A stretch of DNA of 63,768 nt, the filler included, from Folioceros fuciformis (taxonomy: Eukaryota): NCBI GenBank assembly GCA_049999805.1. It is 25 parts of 25 records of this genome, joined end to end, with 100 filler letters (N's around TTAATTAATTAA, not from the genome) between each part and the next. Parts side by side here need not be neighbours in the genome. Positions count along the whole stretch, not along the records: positions 1 to 12,816 come from JBNGIO010000025.1; positions 12,917 to 13,961 come from JBNGIO010000028.1; positions 14,062 to 15,151 come from JBNGIO010000029.1; positions 15,252 to 16,280 come from JBNGIO010000030.1; positions 16,381 to 21,854 come from JBNGIO010000031.1; 20 more parts are not named here. The stretch is one strand, 5' to 3'. Made by a program: the position numbers and the translations under genes. Of this stretch, positions 8,801-20,803 are shown one piece after another. The notes beneath the pieces are model-generated. The model was not told where the DNA came from. It saw only the letters and a list, made by a program, of their open reading frames with translations, and made no database searches. The stretch's first letter is position 1. Each line of letters starts with the position of its first letter.

Positions 8801-10088
8801 CTGACTGCATCTGGGCCTACCCGATCTGCTGGCCAAGTTCCTCAGCAGCTGGGTAGCCCTGTCTGCGTTCTCGGCTCGGACCTCCCCCGCCTTCCAGGAC
8901 CCAGTAGCCCTACCTGGCCTTCGGATCCGCCTCAGCCGGCCGGCCTGCTATTGTCCACGCTACTGAACCACCTGCAGCACCTTGGCGACCCGGCCTCCAG
9001 CCGACACCCCCCACTAGCCAGCCCCTGTCTAGCCAACTCTCACAGTAGCCCAGCCACCTGCCCTGACTCCGTCCCGCCAGCCCCTTGCCTGGCCTACCGA
9101 TCTGATTTTGGCCAGCCAGCCTGACGCCAACCCCAGCCAGTTGATCCGCCAAGTCGCCCGGCCGAACTCGCCCCATGCAGGCGGTGCCCATCCTAGCCCC
9201 CGTCCTGCTCCAGGCCATCCGTCGGGCGGCTGCTGGCTAAGCTCCTCCACATCTGTGCGTCCCGTTCCCCATGGCCTGGCTGGCCGGGACCCTTGCTGTC
9301 TTCTGCCTGCCCCGGGCCCACTGGCCAGGAGCAGCCAACCGATCTAGAACCAGCCAGGCAACTAGCCTGCCGGCTGGTTGCCTACCTAACTCCCTACCCA
9401 GAAGCCAGGCTGGCGGCTTGTGCACCTGTAGCCAGGCCGGTGGCTGGCTCACGAACCCAGCCACACTCGCGGCCGATTTCTCCTTGCCGCCCGCTTGGCC
9501 TGGCACGCCATGGAGTCTGCGCCGCCGCCTGGTCTGCCTCCCGAGCCAGTCGCCTTCCAGATGCCTAGTCGTCGGCTGGGCCACCTGCCGATCTTCCACA
9601 GCCGGCCCACCTCCACCCTCCAGGCCATTCACTCAGGCCTTCCTCCTGAACATAACCGCTCATCTGCTCCCTTGGCTACCTAGCTGCCCTTCGGATCTGA
9701 TGCCTCCGCAGCCTTAGCCCCTCCTTGCGTGGACGTCTACTCTTAGGGCCTCGGCTCATGCACCTCTACCTCCATCTTCCGCTTCCACTAACACCAGCCA
9801 GAGGGGACCCCGACTCACCTCCCATGACCCGTTCTAGGGTTCCTCGTCCATCTCGCACCCAACCCTGAGGAATTGGAGCCTGTGTCCTATCTACCACACA
9901 CCCTCCTTAAACCTTATTCACTAACCCACTAATCTAACTACTTAGTCACTAACCCACTAATCTAACTACTAATCTAACCTAATCTTCTAACCGTTTTTCT
10001 ACAAAATTCAATAAGAGATTCCAAAAAAAAGAAACCCTACCATTTTCTAGGGTCTATTCCTCCCGTGGCCTCCACAGCTGCCTTGCAC

Positions 10089-10143
10089 TATGTTGTGTGC
10101 TTGCGGATGCACATGTATATGTTGTGTGCTTGCGGATGCACAT
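10089..10143. repeat. 29-bp tandem duplication
   Basis: TATGTTGTGTGCTTGCGGATGCACAT at 10089 and 10118. Confidence 0.85.
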
Positions 10144-12044
10144 ACATGTGATTGACATGTTTGCACTTCAAAGTTCACTCTTGGATTACAATTTATAATA
10201 TATTCATATTCTTGTCTCATAATGCAAGTTCAAGTTTGTGGCAATGCGGCTATGTGCATAAGCAAGCGCTCACCTTGACTTTGTTGCAACGGGTTATCGC
10301 GCTTCTTTTCTTACATGATAAAATAAAAGAAAATAATTATAACAAAATTGATCTAAATAAGAGTGTGGCACCACACAAAAAACAAAATGAGGAGCCTTTT
10401 GGCATTTTACAGGGTTACCACGATGATGGGCGTATGCATGAAATCATAAATGCAAAGAAAAGAAAATTAAATGATATGGATTTCATCGATGAACGGCACT
10501 GCGGTAAGAAGGCAAGATGCGATGCCGTCGACCTACAATGTCATGATGTAATAGTAAGTCGTGCAGTTGAGGACTTCATTTCAAAATTCGGATCCATGCA
10601 AATTTAAAACTGAAACAATATCTTATAAAATCCTATCCTTTTCTCTCTCTCTTATGGAAGGACTCTTTTTTTCTTCTATGAGTTCTTTTATCTAAAATAT
10701 TTTTAATGTACAATTAATCTTCATTTCTTTTAATCTTAAAATAATTTTATTTATTTATAAGTACTAAGAGTTTTCCAAATTTTGAAAATCATGCAAATTA
10801 GTTACCTAAAAATAGCCCGAACATACCATCGATTACGATTATTTGGATCCAATTCATCAAGTTTTCTCAATCTTCTATGTCTTCTTCTTTCGCTTAGCAT
10901 CCCTCGAACATGTATGGATTGTCATACTTGCATGAAATTAACATCATAATCAAAATTTATCATCCATGCTTGATAATATCAATACCCTATCGGGCACTAC
11001 CTTTGTATGTTATGTGGCTATTCTCGGGGAATCACGAGACTAGCTCTAGACTAGCTAATCGTTTTGAGGGGATGTTATTCAGCCCGATGCATGCTACGTT
11101 TGTTTGCCTTCAAGTAGCATGCGATCACGAGGGATTGGTGCATGAGTTTAGGGTTGCCCTACATATAAACCCTAAACCCTATATATATATATATAGATAT
11201 ATATTGATCATATAAAAGGTTTGAAAAAAATACTTCAAAGTATTTGAAAAATAAATTAAAAAACGAATGCCCTAAATGAATTTGAAACCCTAATTGATAG
11301 ACATACAAAGTACATGACCATGACCATTATAAATTAGCCTGAGCACTCTTGGCTAAGCTAGTATGCTGAGGTACGTTTTCACTTTTGCTCTCTTCCCCTT
11401 TGGTCCCCTCTCCTCTCCTCTCCACTTTTTGTTTTTGTTGAATGTATTCTCTCTCTCTTCTTTGGTTACATTTTTCTTTTCTTTCTTAATGTGTTTTATC
11501 GATTTTGTGTGTCACATGAGTGCGTTTGGTTTCTTGGATTGTTCCCTTTTTCTCTTGTTGTGTGTGTTTTCTTCTTTTTCTTAGGGTTCTTTATTGTCTC
11601 TTCTCTTTCTAATATGTTTGACCTAAGTGCTTTTTTCCTTCTTCCATTGTTTCTATTGTGTTTCCTCTTAGAGTTTTTTTTGTTTTGATTTTGGTTTTAG
11701 TTTTTTTTCTTTTTGAGCTATTCTTTCTCTCCTTCTTTTGAGGGTTTCATTGTTTTTTTGTCGTAATCCTAATCTTAGTCTTAATCTTAATCTAAATCTT
11801 CATGTTGTTCTTGTTCTTTTTTTTTCGCGAAGGAAAAAAATATGATTATTCGTAGTTTAGGCTACACCAACGGCTTTTCAATTTCGTACGCAACTGAAAG
11901 AGATCTTAGCCTGCACTCAAAGACTAAGCTGCAGAAGCGAGCAAAGCTAAACTTCCCTACGATCAAGAGCCACACAGCCCTTACCTGCCCCACGGGCAGG
12001 AGTGATCCCATTGGTCATTGTGTCGGAGGAAGCCTGCTAGTATC

Positions 12045-12816
12045 TGATAAGTAGAATGCTAGAATCGATAGAGAAAGCATCGGTTGCGCGTAGTGCGCCG
12101 TGCGTCTTGCAATTGACACTTACACGTACATGTCCCGTGAAAGAGACATGACGGTTATAACGATTAGGGTTAGCTAATCTACACCTGAACCTAATTAAGG
12201 GTAATTAATACCCTATCACTCCCACTCAGGTCGAATGGTTAGTGTAGTTTTAGTTCTATACTAATTATCTATCTATTTGTTTGTTTGTTTGATTAGAAAT
12301 TTCTAAAACCTTTTAAGAAACTTGAACTAGACCTATAAACGTTACCCTAGACAAAGAAACTTCATCGTCGGGCTCCGTTCTTCGGCCTTCAGTCTTCGCG
12401 ACGCCGCCAGTCTTCACGCCGCTCATCGCCATGCCTGCTGCTCTTCGGATCGGAGCTCGTTGTCCACTGCAAGCTTTTCCCTGAGGCTCTCAAGCCAAGG
12501 GCAGCTGCATGCTCATAGTGTTTTACGCGTCCTAGGGCCTTGGTCAAGATATCTGCTGTCATTCTCTTAGTTGGGCAATAGACAACCTGGATAATTCCTG
12601 TTGCGGCCATCTCTCGAACGAATCTATGCTGGATTTCGATATGTTTGGTGCGGGCGTGAAACCTGGGATTCATAGTGAGTGCTATCGCACTCTGATTGTC
12701 ACAGAATAGCGTGATCGAGAGCTGCTGTTCAAAGCCGAGCTCGCGCAATTCTCCCACTGTCCACACAACCTCCTTGGTTGCTTCTGTAAGACTTTTAAAC
12801 TCTGCCTCTGTGCTGG
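12045..12816 (-). mobile_element. Ty1/copia 3' end: RNase H C-terminus, PPT and 174-bp 3' LTR (12045-12218)
   Basis: CDNQSAIALTMNPRFHARTKHIEIQHRFVRE...ADILTKAL. PPT GAGTGGGAG abuts the LTR, whose termini are TGATA...TATCA. Confidence 0.88.
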
Positions 12817-12916
12817 NNNNNNNNNNNNNNNNNNNNNNNNNNNNNNNNNNNNNNNNNNNNTTAATTAATTAANNNNNNNNNNNNNNNNNNNNNNNNNNNN
12901 NNNNNNNNNNNNNNNN
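12817..12916. other. Artificial contig linker, first of 24
   Basis: 44 N + TTAATTAATTAA + 44 N. Further copies start at 13962, 15152, 16281, 21855, 27274, 28452, 29628, 31083, 32596, 35898, 37886, 40924, 42677, 44727, 48041, 49853, 51964, 53405, 57173, 58428, 59586, 60793 and 62339. Confidence 0.98.
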
Positions 12917-12986
12917 ACAGTGGGATAAGTGTGGCCACTAAAGGTGGAATCCGTCGGCAATCAGTGCCCGGGGTTTTGCCTCCACA
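12917..12986 (-). repeat. Family B/E LTR left terminus (TGTGGAGGCAAAACC...)
   Basis: Near-identical sequence at 28339-28451 (+), 40838-40923 (+) and 58528-58592 (-). Confidence 0.85.
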
Positions 12987-13787
12987 GATGCAAAGGCTGC
13001 CATCTAGAAGAACAGATGGGCAAGCCGTGACCGACGAGAAACGAAAAGCACGAGACAGAGAAGCAAGCAGACAGTTTCCAAATATGATGATAACTTGATT
13101 ATGAATAGAAGTATTTGTACAGGAAATTGTAACTGTCATGGCATAATTGTGCGGCCTACAATTGGAACTACTAAACTGTTCAAATCGCCAGGGAAATCGC
13201 AGTCTACCATTACAAGTCACATCCGGACTCCCTCCAGTTCAATTCCAACACTGGTGACCGTCGATAAGGTGTGCAGGGAACCAGTGAACAGGCTGGACCT
13301 GCAAACCAGTAAGCTTTTCGGCCTATGTGAGCACCACCCCCAAGGTGTGGAGACTGAAGCTCCACATAGCCGCCTTTAGCAAGCGACACAGACAATACTT
13401 GAAGAATCTTTGCATCCTACAGTTTCTAGTTGAGTTGTGTTGCCAACTGCTCAGTCAGTAGGGAGATGCTGTTCGAGCGGCCGTGAAGCCTAACATTCCA
13501 CCCCTGGATTCATGGTTTTTCTAAAGATAATTTCATGGTCATATCACTACTGTTGAAATAGTTGGTGAAATCCCAACAATGGTTGCAGCTAATTCGGTTG
13601 GGCTCGAAGTCACCATGGTTGGTGCAGCTCTTGATTCTCCTGATGCCCTATGTCCTATGACAGCAATAGGTAATGCATTATTGGCCATAGCTGTTGCAAA
13701 AGCCCGATTAGGGGTACAAATGGTAGCCACCATGCCAATCTGCTCCAAGGCACACTGTGGGCTGAAAGCTACCTCTAGCTTTAGCCT

Positions 13788-13887
13788 TAATTTTGAATTT
13801 GTTGCCTCAAGATAATTTTGAATCTGTTGCCTTAAGAAGATAATTTTGAATCTGTTGCCTCAAGATAATTTTGAATCTGTTGCCTCA
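13788..13887. repeat. ~25-bp minisatellite, ~4 copies
   Basis: TAATTTTGAATCTGTTGCCTCAAGA repeated. Confidence 0.85.
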
Positions 13888-14061
13888 AAGTGTGAGTTCC
13901 AGGCATTCCGCTGTTAGAAGTGTTGGGTATAAAACCCTAACATAGCTTATGGCTTAGGTTANNNNNNNNNNNNNNNNNNNNNNNNNNNNNNNNNNNNNNN
14001 NNNNNTTAATTAATTAANNNNNNNNNNNNNNNNNNNNNNNNNNNNNNNNNNNNNNNNNNNN

Positions 14062-15151
14062 CCGCCAGACTGCTAACGTGGCTGTCAAAGGCAAGACTGA
14101 AGACACCAAGACGGTGAAGATCCTCACCGTCTGTCTAAGCACCCAGCCGCAGCCAGACCAAGGGTGGTACTTGGACAATGGTGCCACCGCCCACATCTGC
14201 AACGACGACGCCCTCTTCTCCAAGCTGGACCGACGCCCCATCAGAGAGAGGGTTCTTCTCGGCGACGAGAAGAACAAGTCCAGCCTGCCCATCCACGGCC
14301 AAGGGACCTGCGAGCTATCCCTGTCTGATGGCTCTACATTGACTCTCGAGCCCGTCCTCTGTGTGCCACAGATGGGAAAGAACCTCGTGTCCCTCAGCCA
14401 GCTATTGCAGCACAGTCCACTGGAAGTAAACTTCTCCCGCGACTCCTGCTGTTTTTATAGACCAGCCAGTCCTAACTTGTGTCTCTTGGGAGCCATCCCC
14501 CAAGATGGTCTGTACAGACTTATTCTGAATGGCAAACAAGGACCATTTGCTTACGCCGCTAGACAGTCAGCCGAAGACCTGGCTGCGTCTGAAGAGCGAG
14601 ACGTTCACATACTTCAGTGAGTGGCTTTCAGTGGCTGAACGCCAGGCTGACCAGAAACTGAAGACCTTGTGGAGCGACAATGGCACGGAGTTTGTTAACC
14701 ACGAGTTTGATGTTTTCCTCCTGGAGTGAGGAATTCAGAGACAACTGACAGTACCTTACACTCCACAGCAGAATGGAGTAGCGGAGCGCAAGAACCGGAC
14801 GCTTCTATCCATGACCAGGAGGATGCTGCTATGGTCTGGACTTCCACAAGGCTTCTGGGCTGAGGCGATTGTGGCAGCAACCTATATCTTGAACCGAGTC
14901 ATCACAAGCTCAGTTCTCGGCCGTACCCCCTACGAGGTATATTGGCAGCGCAAGCCCAGCATTCAGCATCTACGGGTATTCGGCTCGCCCGCCTTCGCCC
15001 ACATCCCTGCCCAGAAGGAACGCAAGTTGGATGATAGGGCAAAGAAGCTTATTTTTGTGGGCTACAGCGAGAGCTCCAAGGCCTACAAGCTCTTTGACCC
15101 GGGGACGCACAACATCACCCTGGCGCGCACAATCACCTTCCTGGAGCCAGT
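14062..15151 (+). mobile_element. Ty1/copia protease-integrase fragment with internal deletion and frameshift
   Basis: WYLDNGATAHIC protease; LKTLWSDNGTEF, QQNGVAERKNRT and FWAEAI integrase. The pre-integrase zinc finger and first integrase Asp are missing at ~14585. Confidence 0.9.
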
Positions 15152-15522
15152 NNNNNNNNNNNNNNNNNNNNNNNNNNNNNNNNNNNNNNNNNNNNTTAAT
15201 TAATTAANNNNNNNNNNNNNNNNNNNNNNNNNNNNNNNNNNNNNNNNNNNNAACTTCCTTGGAAGGACAGGATGAAGAAGATAAGTTGTGGGTTGTGCAT
15301 TAGATGCAAAAATTGTGTGCTAAAGAGTGCAGTGGCGTAAAGTTGGAGGAGGATTCAATGAGAGCAAATGTTGCTAAAACATTGGCTGGAACTTTAAGAG
15401 AACTTGAAAAGAGGTAGACTAAATTTCAGCTAGATGATAAGATTCAGCCCTATGCAAAGCAGGCAGTCTGTAAATTGGAACCTATTTATAATAAAATTAT
15501 GACTTTGAGTTCATCTATGTAT

Positions 15523-16190
15523 GGACTGGTCATGCTTGAGCTATTTACTGGAATTGTATTTGGTTTGGAGGCTGTGTTGGTTGTTGGCTATGTAGTTAAG
15601 CACTACATTTATTGTGATCCATATGAAGTTTATTAGGCAATTGCAAAGGCTAGGTTGTTTCAGTTGTGTAAGAAATGAACAAAAGGCTAGCACTAAGACA
15701 AGATTTTGAAGAAATCAAGTATTATTTGGGAGAACCTATAGAGTTGGATGCGGTGCAATTTGGATAAAGGGCTCACTGACTTCAGTGTCTCTAAAATAAC
15801 TTGATGCGCAAGTATTTGTTGCAAAGGCACGTAGATAATTGACATATGAATGAGGAGTTGATAGTTTATCAGACTTTAGATGAGGGGCAAGTAAGTGGGC
15901 AAGTAGTCTCATATGATAGACAACCCTTTTTTTTTGTGAAAAAAGAGTGAGCTTAGAAGGGCATGACCAACATTTCTTAGTTGTGAAAATGCTAATGCAT
16001 TTAAAGGAATTGGACCTGGAATGGTATTTGATACCATAAGAAATATATATAGGATGTTTCGTCACCCATGGAGAGGGAAAGGGCTATGGGTTTTGATATG
16101 GACACCACTTATGCAGAGGGCATAACATTTGAGTAGAGGAAAAAGTAGCTTGGGCAAGCTATGGATTTGAATACCATTAACTGGATTATA
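15523..16190 (+). pseudogene. Decayed C5-DNA methyltransferase, homolog of the domain at 1280-2213
   Basis: GLVMLELFTGIVFGLEAVL..VKHYIYCD (I/II); LGEPIELDAVQFG*RAH*L (VIII); RRA*PTFLS..NAFKGIGPGMVFD; ERERAMGF (IX); LGQAMDLNTINWI (X). Motifs IV-VI are deleted near 15680; many stops. Confidence 0.85.
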
Positions 16191-16541
16191 CTGTCAATAA
16201 AAGTTTATCAGGAGTGAAAACGGAAATGGAAAATTATTTTGAATACAAGAATAAGAAAGAGAAGTTTGTGTGAAGCAAGTNNNNNNNNNNNNNNNNNNNN
16301 NNNNNNNNNNNNNNNNNNNNNNNNTTAATTAATTAANNNNNNNNNNNNNNNNNNNNNNNNNNNNNNNNNNNNNNNNNNNNATAAGCACTGGAAATTTTCC
16401 TTGCGATTTGTACTTAAGTCCTAGATGCTGTGTTCCCTTCAGGTAGCGTAGGACTCTTTTAACTCCTGTCCAGTGTGCTGTGCCAGGGTCAGAGAGGAAC
16501 CTGGAGAAGACTCGTGCAGCTGGAGCTACATCAGGCCTCGT

Positions 16542-19500
16542 TCATCCACTGATCCAGATAAGGCATCCCGTTAGCATACTGTAGGGTTTCTTTGCCATTT
16601 CCAACTTCTCTGCTTCTGTTTTTGGACTCTGGTCTGTGGAGAACTTCTCTCCCACAGCCATTGGAGTGATAGCTGGCTTGCAGTCTGTCATGATGAATCT
16701 TTCTAGCATTTGTCTCACGTAGTGTGCTTGGTGGCAGAAAATACTACTCTTGTCGGGACTGATCACTATCTGTATGCCTAGGAAGAAAGTGAGCTGTCCC
16801 AAATCCGTCATGGAAAATTCAGCAGTGAGGATGGACTTTACTTTCTTCATGATGTCTGGAGAGTTAGCAAATATCAGTGCATCATCGACATACAGTGCCA
16901 AGATGGCAAATAATTGCCCTTGCCTCAGGATGTATACATTTGTGTCAGCATCACTCTGGGTGAATCCAGATTTTACCAGGTAAGCATGGATCTTTTGATA
17001 CCAGATCCTTGGTGCTTGCTTTAAGCCGTACAGGCTCTTTCTTAGTTTGCATACCTTATGTGGTTCTGACTTGCTGACATAACCCTCAGGCTGGGTGATA
17101 TACATCTCCTCGTCTATTTCACCGTGCAGAAAGGCAGTCTTGACGTCCATCTGGTGAATATCCAGTTTGCACTCAGCAGCCAAGGCAAAGAGCATTCTTA
17201 CTGAAGAGGCTCGTACGACAGGTGAGAATGTCTCATGGAAATCCAGTCCTTCGACCTGTTTGTATCCATGAACAACATACCTTGCCTTGTATCTCGCTAC
17301 TGACCCATCGGGGTTCAACTTCTTCTTGAACACCCACTTTCCTGTGAGTGGTTTGCGTCCTGGAGGCAGGTCTACCAGCTCCCAAGTTTGGTTGTCGATG
17401 AGAGACTGATATTCAGAGTCTATACCCACCTTCCAGAGCTTACCTTCTGGAGAGGACAATGCTTCCTTCAGTGTGGCAGGTTCTCCGAGGTCCTGGGCTG
17501 CCATCAGGGCGCATGCAACATAATTACGAGGTATGTGCAAGTCCTGAGCTCCAGGGGCATCTGAGCTGGATGCGAGGTTTGCATGTTTTCTTCGATGCTC
17601 CTCATCCAGTTCATAGCTTAGCGGTTTGTGAGTCCACTGACTTGGATCCGTTGTATGTGTCCTTGCAGATCTCCTGGGTTCCTGCGGTGCTTGAACCACT
17701 TCTTCAGCAGCCTGGGAGTGAGGCTGCTCCTGGTTCTCCTCAGTTTCAGATGGAGGAGAATGTGGGGGACTGTTGTCAGTCTCATTGTCATATTCCTCAT
17801 GCTGAGGCTTGTTGTCCTGGTCGCTTGTCTCCGAGGTAGAGTCATCAGCAGTGAGGTCAGGTTCATCTTCCGGGAAGGCAGCAGCAGGCTGTTCAGCGGC
17901 AGAGTGTGCTGGCTGAGAGGTAACCAAGTGCTCATCATGTGTTGAAGATGCATCTTGTTCATCAGTTGTGAGGCGTTCCAGGCCAGGTACGTCTCTGCTC
18001 TTTTCTGAGGCTTGCAGAAGAAACTGCTCATCAAAGATAACATTTCTGGCATGCAGGAAACGACGATTCAGGGGGTCATAGAGTTTGTAGCCTTTGATGC
18101 CCTCTGTATAACCAATGAACAGATGTTTGGTTGCCTTGAAGTCCATCTTGCGTCTGACTTCATCAGGTGTATGGGCATATGCTGGGCAGCCCCAGATCCG
18201 CAAATGGTCCACTCGAGGTTTGACACCAGTCCATCTCTCAAAGGGTGTGGCGTCAGCAAAGGCACGAGTGGGTAGCTTGTTTTGAATGTAGACGGCTGTG
18301 GCAACAGCTTCTGCCCAGAAGCACCGGGGAAGCCTGGCAAGATGCAGCATAGATTTGGCAGCAGCTTGGGTGACCTTGTTTTTGTTCTCAGGCAGAGGGT
18401 TTTGCTCATGCTCGTAGGGAACGGTAAGTTGCCGTAGAATACCCTCCCGTGAGCAAAAGTCGGTGAATTCTCCTGAGGTAAACTCCCCGCCATTGTCACT
18501 TCTCAAGCATTTCAATTTCTGACCTGTAAAGCGCTGGGCATACGAGAGGTACAGCAGAAAACAAGAGAAAGCTTCACTCTTGCGCTTGAGAAAGTAAGTG
18601 ACTGTAAAGCGACTCCAGTCATCAATGAGATGCATGAAGTAGAGGGCACCACTGAGGGAAGGTGTGGACATGGGGCCACAAAGATCAGTGTGCACTGTTT
18701 GAAGTAACTGAGTAGCTCTCGTTGCATCTTGACTGGGATGTGGAGCCTTATGATGCTTCCCTTGTATGCAGGCTTCACAAAAGATGGAAGTCTCTGACTT
18801 GAAGTGAAGAGGTGTCCTGTACAAGGATGAAGCAGGCAGAGTCCGGAGACGTTGAATGTGAACATGTCCCAGTCGGCAGTGCCACAGTTGTGTCTCACTA
18901 GGAGAGCTAATGGCTGTTGCATGAGCAGCTGGTGCCTTCAGCTGCTGGATGGGGTTGCTCTTCAAGTTGAGCTGATATAAGTCATTTTTGAGAGTACATG
19001 TGACCAATAACTGGTGTGGTGCAGCAGCCTCCCGCAGAGCAAGACCATCAGTTGTCATCTCCAGGGTAAGCAGAGGAGGAGACAGGCGTCTTAGAGACAC
19101 CAAATTTTTGGCCATCTGTGGGACAAAGATGACGTCTAACAGAGTGATGGTTTTGCCTTGTGCAGGGTGAAGGACAACTGTGCCAGTGCCCTCAATGCAT
19201 AGCCCACTATCATCACCTAAAAGAACGAAGTGTCCCTTGGGAGAAGACTTGAAAGTGGTAAAGGCTGTGCGAGTGTTGCAGACATGCGTGGTGGCACCTG
19301 AATCTAGATACCAGGCATGTCTGTCTTGAGAAGAAGAGACCATACACACTGTGAGGATGGCCCCTGTACTTTTCTTTGAAGATACATGAGCAGATGGAGG
19401 AGCTTCTCGCTTGGGTTCACCATTCTGCTTCTTACGGCATTCAGATTCCACATGCCCTGGGATCCTACACCATGTGCAAGGACCTCGCTTGGCATTGTTG

Positions 19501-19598
19501 GACTTGGAGGCTGACCATGCAGGGCGAGGAGAGCCTGGTTTGTAAGGTGGGCGATTGCCACCTTGAGCACGCCGTCCTCGTCCTCGAGAAACGAACAT
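16542..19598 (-). CDS. Copia pol (Zn knuckle-PR-IN-RT), prematurely stopped; frame continues past the stop
   Basis: 1018-aa ORF. Readthrough gives *TRPDVA...HWTGVKRVLRYLKGT. Confidence 0.9.
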   Translation of the reverse strand: MFVSRGRGRRAQGGNRPPYKPGSPRPAWSASKSNNAKRGPCTWCRIPGHVESECRKKQNGEPKREAPPSAHVSSKKSTGAILTVCMVSSSQDRHAWYLDSGATTHVCNTRTAFTTFKSSPKGHFVLLGDDSGLCIEGTGTVVLHPAQGKTITLLDVIFVPQMAKNLVSLRRLSPPLLTLEMTTDGLALREAAAPHQLLVTCTLKNDLYQLNLKSNPIQQLKAPAAHATAISSPSETQLWHCRLGHVHIQRLRTLPASSLYRTPLHFKSETSIFCEACIQGKHHKAPHPSQDATRATQLLQTVHTDLCGPMSTPSLSGALYFMHLIDDWSRFTVTYFLKRKSEAFSCFLLYLSYAQRFTGQKLKCLRSDNGGEFTSGEFTDFCSREGILRQLTVPYEHEQNPLPENKNKVTQAAAKSMLHLARLPRCFWAEAVATAVYIQNKLPTRAFADATPFERWTGVKPRVDHLRIWGCPAYAHTPDEVRRKMDFKATKHLFIGYTEGIKGYKLYDPLNRRFLHARNVIFDEQFLLQASEKSRDVPGLERLTTDEQDASSTHDEHLVTSQPAHSAAEQPAAAFPEDEPDLTADDSTSETSDQDNKPQHEEYDNETDNSPPHSPPSETEENQEQPHSQAAEEVVQAPQEPRRSARTHTTDPSQWTHKPLSYELDEEHRRKHANLASSSDAPGAQDLHIPRNYVACALMAAQDLGEPATLKEALSSPEGKLWKVGIDSEYQSLIDNQTWELVDLPPGRKPLTGKWVFKKKLNPDGSVARYKARYVVHGYKQVEGLDFHETFSPVVRASSVRMLFALAAECKLDIHQMDVKTAFLHGEIDEEMYITQPEGYVSKSEPHKVCKLRKSLYGLKQAPRIWYQKIHAYLVKSGFTQSDADTNVYILRQGQLFAILALYVDDALIFANSPDIMKKVKSILTAEFSMTDLGQLTFFLGIQIVISPDKSSIFCHQAHYVRQMLERFIMTDCKPAITPMAVGEKFSTDQSPKTEAEKLEMAKKPYSMLTGCLIWISG

Positions 19599-19659
19599 GG
19601 CTCGTGCAGGATTGCTGGAGGAGGCTCCACGACCACGAGTATGAGTGGCCTCCTCGTTG

Positions 19660-20803
19660 AGCAGGCGCCAATGATATCTGAGAGTGTGATTTGAGATTGT
19701 GTCCCAGCAGCTACTGCGGCTTGAGCTGTTTGTATATGTTGATTCTGAGTACTCACAAAGCTGTTGTATTTTTCTGGTAGTGACATAAGGAGGGCCACTG
19801 CAGCTTGGAGTTCATCAACAGCAGTGCCAGCCGTGATCAGGTTGGTACGTAGCATTCTGAAACGGCTGACGTGATTCTCAACAGTATCTCCATCTCGCAT
19901 TCTCAGATTGTAGAAGACACGTGTAGCATGAACGAGTGTTGTAACACTTTTCTTTTGGTGCACTTGGCAAAGGGAATCCCATATTGCCTTCGAACTGTCT
20001 GCCTCCCGGGCATGAGACATCATGCTTAAGTCCAAAGCAGAATGGATTACGTTTTGAGCACGAAGATCCTTGAGTTTCCAGGCATGCTGGTCTGCTTGAC
20101 TTGCAGCAGTTGCACCTCCAGCAGGTGTTGCTGGCATTGGAGTTGCTCCAGTGACATACTCCCAAAGTTCGAGTTCTTGTAAGATGGTGTGTACCCGAAT
20201 CATCCATATGTCAAAGTGTTGGCCACTAAATCTATCTTTGTCTTTGAAGTCATACTTAAAGTTGTTGACTGTGACGTTTGCAGGAGGATTAGTGCCCATG
20301 GCTGTGTATTGACTAAATTGCGTCTGACTTAGATCAAACAACTGATCAAGATGAAGTGAAGAAGAGTGACTAGATGCTGGTGAATTATGTGAGGACCTTG
20401 GTGTGGAGGCAGAGCTACCAGAAGAGGGAGGCTGAGAGAAAATGACACCGGATGATAACGTGCCTAAAGTGCTTACAGAAGCTAATGCTGGATCTGGAAG
20501 GGTGTACTCGTCTGAGTAGTCGAAGGGATTTTCTGGAAGGACAGGTGTCTGTTCAAACCCAGAAATTGGTGACTCTTCGGATACCACTTCAAATCCAGCA
20601 GTTGGCAGCGTTTCAGGTGCTTCTTCAGATCCGACTCTTTCTGGTGACGTTCCAGATCTTGGGCTTGAAGGTGACGCTTCAGAGCTCGATCTTGGACGCG
20701 ACGTTCCGGGTCTAGTAGGAATCCGGCGCGGTGGCCTCCCGGCTGGGCTTGGATCCCAAGGTTCCGACATGTTCAACCACCATCTTTCTTGATTTCTCTT
20801 CAA
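19660..20803 (-). CDS. Copia gag with long Ser/Pro-rich N-terminal extension
   Basis: FKDKDRFSGQHFDIWMIRV...LWEYVTG...IWDSLC...LLMSLPEKY. IIGA is frameshifted from the expected LLNEE. Confidence 0.85.

Larger units (their letters stand above)
1..10076 (-). mobile_element. Ty3/gypsy LTR retrotransposon carrying a C5-DNA methyltransferase domain; RT-deleted copy, 3' part truncated by window start
   Basis: Minus-strand order: LTR (10076-5005), PBS-like 11-mer, gag, protease, DNMT, partial RNase H, integrase. Integrase last is the gypsy order. Confidence 0.9.
5005..10076 (-). repeat. Putative 5' LTR (~5.07 kb) of the DNMT element, family A
   Basis: Inverted termini TGTGG...CCACA at 10076 and 5005. 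A homologous terminus starts at 41393 with a different flank. TATA box ~160 nt before the 3' end. The second LTR is outside the window, so the limits are inferred. Confidence 0.7.

Noticed and set aside
5981-9717. Dozens of overlapping ORFs rich in P/A/G/R/W
   Set aside because: Expected by chance in GC-rich degenerate repeats of the LTR; no domain motifs or consistent frame.
10152-10607. 151-aa ORF with KKRK basic motif
   Set aside because: Non-ATG start and no recognisable domain. It may be a gene fragment but cannot be supported.
11168-11293. AAACCCTAA motifs as telomere
   Set aside because: Isolated telobox-like copies, not an array.
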